DNA of 40,000 nucleotides from Halobellus litoreus. Lineage in GTDB: Archaea > Halobacteriota > Halobacteria > Halobacteriales > Haloferacaceae. Position numbers and translations under genes: made by a program. Location: the NCBI RefSeq assembly GCF_024464595.1, contig NZ_JANHAW010000001.1:845083-885082 (forward strand), written 5' to 3'. Positions 35,275-40,000 of this stretch are shown here, in pieces (within the stretch, counting starts at the first letter, position 1; each line of letters begins with the position of its first letter). The notes beneath the pieces are model-generated. The model did no database searches. It was not told the DNA's origin and saw only the letters and a program-made list of their open reading frames with translations.

Positions 35275-37161
35275 ATGTCGCTGTCATCGGCTTCCTATCG
35301 GGCGCTCTTCGATGCGGCCCCCGACGCACTCGTCGTCGTCGATCCCGAGACCGGACGGATCGGAGAGTGCAATCAGCGGTACTGCGACCTGTGCGGCGTC
35401 GACCGTGGGGACCTCGTCGGCCGGGGCTTTTCGACCCGCGTCGTGACCGACGGAGCCGACGCCGATCTGCTCGACAGGCTCCGCGAAGCGGCCGGTAATG
35501 GGGGGTCCGTCGAGTCTCGACTCCGGACGGGACCGGGCGTCTCTGTCCCTGTGGAGATGCGCGTTTCGACGGTTGACAGTGCCGTGGAGCGGTCCGCCGA
35601 GAGCGGGACCATCGGGACAGCGCCGTCCGAAGAGCGGGCGATCGAGGCGGAACGGTTCCTGGTTCGCGTGACGGACGTCACCGACCGCAGGCACCGCGAA
35701 CGGGAACTCGAACGGAAGTCACGCGCGATGGACGAAGCGCCGTTCGGCGTCAGCATCAGCGATCCCGACAGAGAAGACAACCCGCTCGTGTTCGTGAACG
35801 AGCGGTTCCGAGAACTGACCGGGTACGACACCGACGAGGTGATCGGCCGGAACTGTCGGTTCCTCCAGGGCGAGGGGACCGACTCCGCGCGCGTCGCCGA
35901 AATACGCGAGGCCATCGACGCCGAAGAGCCGGTCACGGTCGAACTCCGGAACTACCGCCGAGACGGGACGGAGTTCTGGAACCGCGTCACCGTCTCGCCC
36001 GTTCGCGACGAAGACGGGACGGTCGTCAACTTCGTCGGGTTCCAGGAGGACGTCACCGAGCAGCGGCGGAACCGCAAGGAACTGGAATTGGCCTACAACC
36101 TGCTCGAGACCGTCCGCAGCGGCGTCTTTACGACCGACCCGACGCCCGACGGCGAGTTCGGATACGTCAACCCCGCGCTCGTGTCGCTCCTGGGGGCGGG
36201 GTCGGCCGAAGAGCTCCGCGAACACCCCGTCGACGACTTCTACGTCGAGCCCTCCGAGCGCCAAGAGCTCGTCGAGGCACTCCGGGCCACCGACGACGAC
36301 CACGTCAGCCGGGAGGTACGACTCGAGACGCTCGACGGGGAGACGCGAGACGTGAACGTCACGGCCTCGCTCTCGACCGACGAGACGGGAGCCGAGCGCG
36401 TCCACAAGGTCGTTCAGGACGTCACCGAGCACAAGGAGTACGAAAATCGGCTCGAAGAACAGCGCGACAGCCTCGAGATCCTGAACCAGATGGTCCGCCA
36501 CGACATTCGGAACGACCTCCAGATCGTGACGGCGTACACGGATTTCCTGTCGGACCACGTCGACGAGGACGGTGCGGAGTACGTCTCGAAGATCAGAGAG
36601 AGCGCCTCCCACGCGGTCGAACTGACGCGAACGGCACGAGATATGGCCGACGTGATGCTCGAGCCCGAAACGACACAGCGGCCGATCGGCCTCAGAAGTA
36701 CCCTCGAGGGCGAGATCGACGAGATCCGGTCGAAACACTCCGAGGCCGTGGTCACCGTCACCGGCTCGATCCCGGCGGTGTCGGTGTACGCCGACGAGAT
36801 GCTCGATTCCGTCTTCCGGAACCTGCTCTCGAACGCGATCCAGCACAACGACAAGGAGATCCCGAGCGTGCGAGTCGACGTCGCGGACGACGAAGAGACC
36901 GTCACCGTCCGCATTGCGGACAACGGCCCCGGCGTCCCCGACAGTCAGAAGCAGGCGATCTTCGGGAAGGGCGAGAAGGGTCTCGAGAGCGGTGGAACCG
37001 GGATCGGTCTCTACTTGGTCGAAACGCTCGTCGACGGCTACGGCGGCGACGTGTGGGTCGAGGACAGGGTCGAACAGGGGACCGAGAGCGTGCTCGTCGG
37101 CCCCGAAGAAGCGGATCCGGAGGGAGCGGTCTTCGTCGTCGAACTTCGGCGGGCCGACTGA
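35275..37161 (+). CDS. multi-PAS sensor histidine kinase containing a LOV-type PAS domain
   Basis: ATG at 35275 has aatagttaatt 23-33 nt upstream. LOV signatures: GRNCRFLQGEGTD (Cys codon 35854-35856), NYRRDGTEFWN and FVGFQEDVT. Kinase core: H-box MVRHDIRNDL, N-box LLSNAIQHN, G1 DNGPGV and G2 GTGIGL. Confidence 0.85.
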   Translation: MSLSSASYRALFDAAPDALVVVDPETGRIGECNQRYCDLCGVDRGDLVGRGFSTRVVTDGADADLLDRLREAAGNGGSVESRLRTGPGVSVPVEMRVSTVDSAVERSAESGTIGTAPSEERAIEAERFLVRVTDVTDRRHRERELERKSRAMDEAPFGVSISDPDREDNPLVFVNERFRELTGYDTDEVIGRNCRFLQGEGTDSARVAEIREAIDAEEPVTVELRNYRRDGTEFWNRVTVSPVRDEDGTVVNFVGFQEDVTEQRRNRKELELAYNLLETVRSGVFTTDPTPDGEFGYVNPALVSLLGAGSAEELREHPVDDFYVEPSERQELVEALRATDDDHVSREVRLETLDGETRDVNVTASLSTDETGAERVHKVVQDVTEHKEYENRLEEQRDSLEILNQMVRHDIRNDLQIVTAYTDFLSDHVDEDGAEYVSKIRESASHAVELTRTARDMADVMLEPETTQRPIGLRSTLEGEIDEIRSKHSEAVVTVTGSIPAVSVYADEMLDSVFRNLLSNAIQHNDKEIPSVRVDVADDEETVTVRIADNGPGVPDSQKQAIFGKGEKGLESGGTGIGLYLVETLVDGYGGDVWVEDRVEQGTESVLVGPEEADPEGAVFVVELRRAD

Positions 37162-37317
37162 CACTGTCGGCGATCTCTCACTGTTCGTCTCAGACGACGA
37201 GGTCGAGGGTGACGCACTCTGGAAAGGTGAACCAGTGACTCGCCTGTGTGCGAGGGTCAACGTGACAGACTTCGGCTAACGAAAGCGTTAATCAAACTGC
37301 GTCCTTCCCGAGTGACA

Positions 37318-38256
37318 ATGAGTCACCAGCTTCCCGACGTACAAGCCAGCCAACCCGACGTCACGGTCGGGTTGAGTCAGGTCGGTGTCACCGGCGTCGA
37401 GAAACTCGTCAAACTCGCCCGGGAAGACAAGCGACCGTTCATCCTGACGGCGGAGTTCGAGGTGTTCGTCGACCTGCCGAGCGGCCGCAAGGGGATCGAT
37501 ATGAGCCGGAATATGCAGGTCATCGACGAGACGCTCGAAGCCGCCGTCGCAGAGCCCGCCTACCGCGTCGAGGACATCTGCGGCGACGTCGCCGAGCGCC
37601 TGCTCGAAAAGCACGAGTACACCTCGACCGCCGAGGTCAGAATGACCGCGGACTTCGTGGTCCGCGAGGACACGCCGGCGAGCGAACTCTCCACGCAGAG
37701 CACGATCGAAATCGTCGCCAGCGCGACGGCCACCGACGAGGGGACCCGCGAGGAGATCGGTGCGGAGGTCGTCGGGATGACGGTCTGCCCGTGTTCGCAG
37801 GGGATGTCCGCCTCCCGCGCACGCGACGTGATGCGCGATCTCGACGTCGACGAGGAGACCATCGAGGAGTTTCTGGATCAGGTCCCCCAGCCGGGCCACT
37901 CCCAGCGCGGTCACGCGACTCTGACGGTCACCGCCGACGGCGCCCCCGACGTCGACCTGATGGACATCGTCGAGATCGCCCGGGACTCGATGTCGGCGCG
38001 GATCTACAACCTCGCGAAGCGGCCCGACGAGGACTTCATGACCTACCACGCCCACGCGGACGCGAAGTTCGTCGAGGACTGCGTCCGGTCGATGGCCGAG
38101 CAGGTCGTCGACGAGTTCGACCACCTCGCTGACGACGCCGTCGTCCATATGAAGCAGTCGAACGACGAGTCGATCCACCAGCACAACGCCCACGCCGAGC
38201 GCGAGGTCACGCTCGAACAACTCCGCGCCGAACTGAACGGGAAAGAACTGCACTGA
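37318..38256 (+). CDS. mptA: GTP cyclohydrolase MptA/FolE2 family (GTP cyclohydrolase IV/IB type)
   Basis: ATG at 37318 gives [33 protein letters not shown]...GIDMSRN...CPCSQ...HSQRG, which are motifs of the family. Confidence 0.85.
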   Translation: MSHQLPDVQASQPDVTVGLSQVGVTGVEKLVKLAREDKRPFILTAEFEVFVDLPSGRKGIDMSRNMQVIDETLEAAVAEPAYRVEDICGDVAERLLEKHEYTSTAEVRMTADFVVREDTPASELSTQSTIEIVASATATDEGTREEIGAEVVGMTVCPCSQGMSASRARDVMRDLDVDEETIEEFLDQVPQPGHSQRGHATLTVTADGAPDVDLMDIVEIARDSMSARIYNLAKRPDEDFMTYHAHADAKFVEDCVRSMAEQVVDEFDHLADDAVVHMKQSNDESIHQHNAHAEREVTLEQLRAELNGKELH

Positions 38257-38325
38257 TCGACCGGCAGCGACCCGACCGCTGACACTTCCGACCGCCGGCC
38301 GCACGTCGAACCCGACGCCGACGCG

Positions 38326-39147
38326 CTACTCCTCTGTGAGTGCGGACAGCGACAGCGGCGCCGCCGCCTCCCACCGCGGGTCGAACATCTCCCGGACGTT
38401 CGCGGCGAACTCGGGGTCCTTCAGGTCGATCATCGCGAACGCCTCACCGGGGTCGAGCGGGTTCGGGACCTCGATGCACACCTCGACGTCGTCGATGAGT
38501 TCGAAGGTTCCCGAGAGTTCGGGAGCCGTTCGGACGGAGAACGCGGGATGGTCCGCGAGCCGTTCGGTGTATCGTTCGCCGACGCTTCGCGGGAGCGACT
38601 CCACTAAATCCGGAGCCATCAGCACGGAGACGTCGACGCCGCGGTCCAGCGCGTCCTCCAGTTCCGCGACGACCCTGTCCCCGACGGTTCCCAGGTCGAA
38701 CTGCGGGGAGAGGCCGCTGGCGACCACGATCAGGGAGTCGTCGGCCGCCGCGAGCCGTTCGACGAGGAGTTCGATCCACTCGTCGGTCCCGACCGCGGCC
38801 GTCCAGAACTGGCTCTGCACCGGCTCTGCGGTCTCTAACTCCTCGGTGAGTTCGTCGACGACGCCCTCGTACTGCTCGGCCTTCTCCTGGAGCTCTCGCC
38901 GCTTGCTCTCCAGCAACCGATCCAGCGCCGTGTCCGGCTCGACCGCGACGTACTTCTTCGGGCGACTCGCGGCCTGACTCCTGACGAGGCTGTGCTGTTC
39001 GAGGCTGTTCAGCACGTCGTAGATCCGCCCCATCGGGACGTCGCTCGCACGAGACAACTCCTTGGCCGTTGTCGGACCCGTTCGAAGCAACGACCGGTAG
39101 GCTCGCGCTTCGTATTCGGACAGTCCGAGATCCCTGAGACTCGCCAT
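38326..39147 (-). CDS. TrmB-family transcriptional regulator
   Basis: The N-terminal wHTH is LGLSEYEARAYRSLLRTGPTTAKELSRASDVPMGRIYDVLNSLEQHSLV. A TATA-like box (minus strand tttttattcg) lies about 25-35 nt upstream. Confidence 0.85.
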   Translation of the reverse strand: MASLRDLGLSEYEARAYRSLLRTGPTTAKELSRASDVPMGRIYDVLNSLEQHSLVRSQAASRPKKYVAVEPDTALDRLLESKRRELQEKAEQYEGVVDELTEELETAEPVQSQFWTAAVGTDEWIELLVERLAAADDSLIVVASGLSPQFDLGTVGDRVVAELEDALDRGVDVSVLMAPDLVESLPRSVGERYTERLADHPAFSVRTAPELSGTFELIDDVEVCIEVPNPLDPGEAFAMIDLKDPEFAANVREMFDPRWEAAAPLSLSALTEE

Positions 39148-39219
39148 ACCACACGCTGAGAGGCCACGAATAAAAACGAATCGGAGGTTTACACGGGTGG
39201 GTGGTTCCCGCGATCCCCC

Positions 39220-40000
39220 TCACGTCCCCCGTGTGAGCACCGAGACCGCCTCGATCAACTCCTCGGGCGTGGTGACTTCGCGAGTTTCCGCTCCCCGAGT
39301 GACGGTCGCGACGTCCGCCGAAACTGCGGGGGCCTCGGGCAACACGACGGCCTCGTGGTCGGCGACGCGCAGTGCGGCCCGATGGAGGTCGCTCCCGGCG
39401 GTGGCACCGACGGCGACGGTGAGGTCCGGACGGGTGAGCCGCGCCGCGACCGATCCGTAGCCGGCGACTTGGACGCCGATGCGGTCCCACGCGCCGGCGA
39501 AGGCGGCGACGCCCGCGTGCGCCGCGTCGACGTACTGCTCCGCCGCCGCTGACTCCGCGCTTTCGGCTTCCAGCTCGCCGATGAGTGCGCCGAGGTCCAG
39601 AAGCGCCGCCGCCATCTCGACGCCCCCGTCGAGCGGCCTGAGCGGTTCGTCGAGGAGACCCACGCCCGCCTCGGGACCGTCGCGGAACGCGCCGTCCGGT
39701 TCCTGCAAGGCCTCGATCGCTCGGTCGGCCACGGTGCGGGCGACCTCCAGCGGATCACGCCCCGACGCGAGCGCGTTCGGCCCGAGGACCTGTCTCGCGC
39801 GCGCGAAGGCGGCGACGATCCGAGCGTGGTCTTCGAGCAGGAGTTGCGGCGCTCCCGCCGGTTCTCCGCCGCGGCTCGGATCCTGCCCGCTCCCGTCGCC
39901 CGACCCCGCGCCCGTCTCGAAGTGTGCGACGCTGCCGTCCGCCGCGACGAATCTCTCATCGAGCGCGTCGAGGACGCGCGTGGCGTACTCCCGCGCCGTG
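39220..40000 (-). CDS. C-terminal part of a thioredoxin-domain/DUF255 (YyaL-like) protein; 5' end outside the window
   Basis: The frame stays open from 39732 to the window end (TAREYATRVLDALDERFVAADGSVAHFE...). The C-terminal pattern (...LTVAVGATAGSDLHRAAL...VVLPE...ATVTRGAETREVTTPEELIEAV) resembles YyaL C-termini. The family was assigned from memory. Confidence 0.5.
   Translation of the reverse strand, partial: TAREYATRVLDALDERFVAADGSVAHFETGAGSGDGSGQDPSRGGEPAGAPQLLLEDHARIVAAFARARQVLGPNALASGRDPLEVARTVADRAIEALQEPDGAFRDGPEAGVGLLDEPLRPLDGGVEMAAALLDLGALIGELEAESAESAAAEQYVDAAHAGVAAFAGAWDRIGVQVAGYGSVAARLTRPDLTVAVGATAGSDLHRAALRVADHEAVVLPEAPAVSADVATVTRGAETREVTTPEELIEAVSVLTRGT

Noticed and set aside
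1-40000. Searched for integrase or transposase genes, prophage or defence-island hallmarks, rRNA and an origin (ORB repeats with orc1/cdc6).
   Set aside because: None was seen. The only clear compositional anomalies are short promoter-type AT-rich spacers and the 29580-29995 patch, which is reported separately.

Overview
This window is high-G+C DNA encoding very acidic proteins, typical of a haloarchaeon (class Halobacteria). It looks like densely packed core chromosome rather than an accessory island. I can support about 45 protein genes.

Gene content, in order:
- a 5'-truncated MBL-fold hydrolase, an AOR-family aldehyde:ferredoxin oxidoreductase, a RaSEA-like radical-SAM protein and an SRPBCC protein
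- purine genes purQ-purS and purC
- F420 (FO) genes cofH, cofG and cofC, interleaved with two CetZ (tubulin/FtsZ-like) paralogs, each followed by a membrane-protein gene
- an NDUFA9-like NAD(P)-binding protein
- a znuABC-like metal ABC transporter whose binding protein has a tandem-repeat His-rich loop
- tmk
- trkA flanked by two stand-alone RAM-domain genes
- rps8e
- an AbrB-PhoU regulator divergent from pstSCAB-phoU
- a KaiC/RecA-type ATPase with a long acidic disordered N-terminus
- nadK, an FAD-dependent oxidoreductase and three small haloarchaeal ORFs
- a multi-PAS histidine kinase with a canonical LOV motif
- mptA, a TrmB-family regulator and a 5'-truncated YyaL/DUF255-like gene

Many genes have a TATA-like box 22-36 nt upstream of the ATG, consistent with leaderless transcripts. 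Several gene junctions overlap (TGATG).

I found no rRNA, tRNA, CRISPR array, transposase or integrase, and I cannot point to a clear multi-gene novel system.

The most unusual observations:
1. A 143-nt, 142/143-identical inverted patch shared by the two cetZ paralogs.
2. The pairing of each cetZ with a membrane-protein gene.
3. A low-G+C patch with an atypical-codon 2-TM mini-ORF behind the KaiC-like ATPase.
4. A promoter-plus-two-hairpins-plus-T-tract candidate sRNA upstream of rps8e.
5. The LOV histidine kinase.
6. The trkA/RAM-domain trio.
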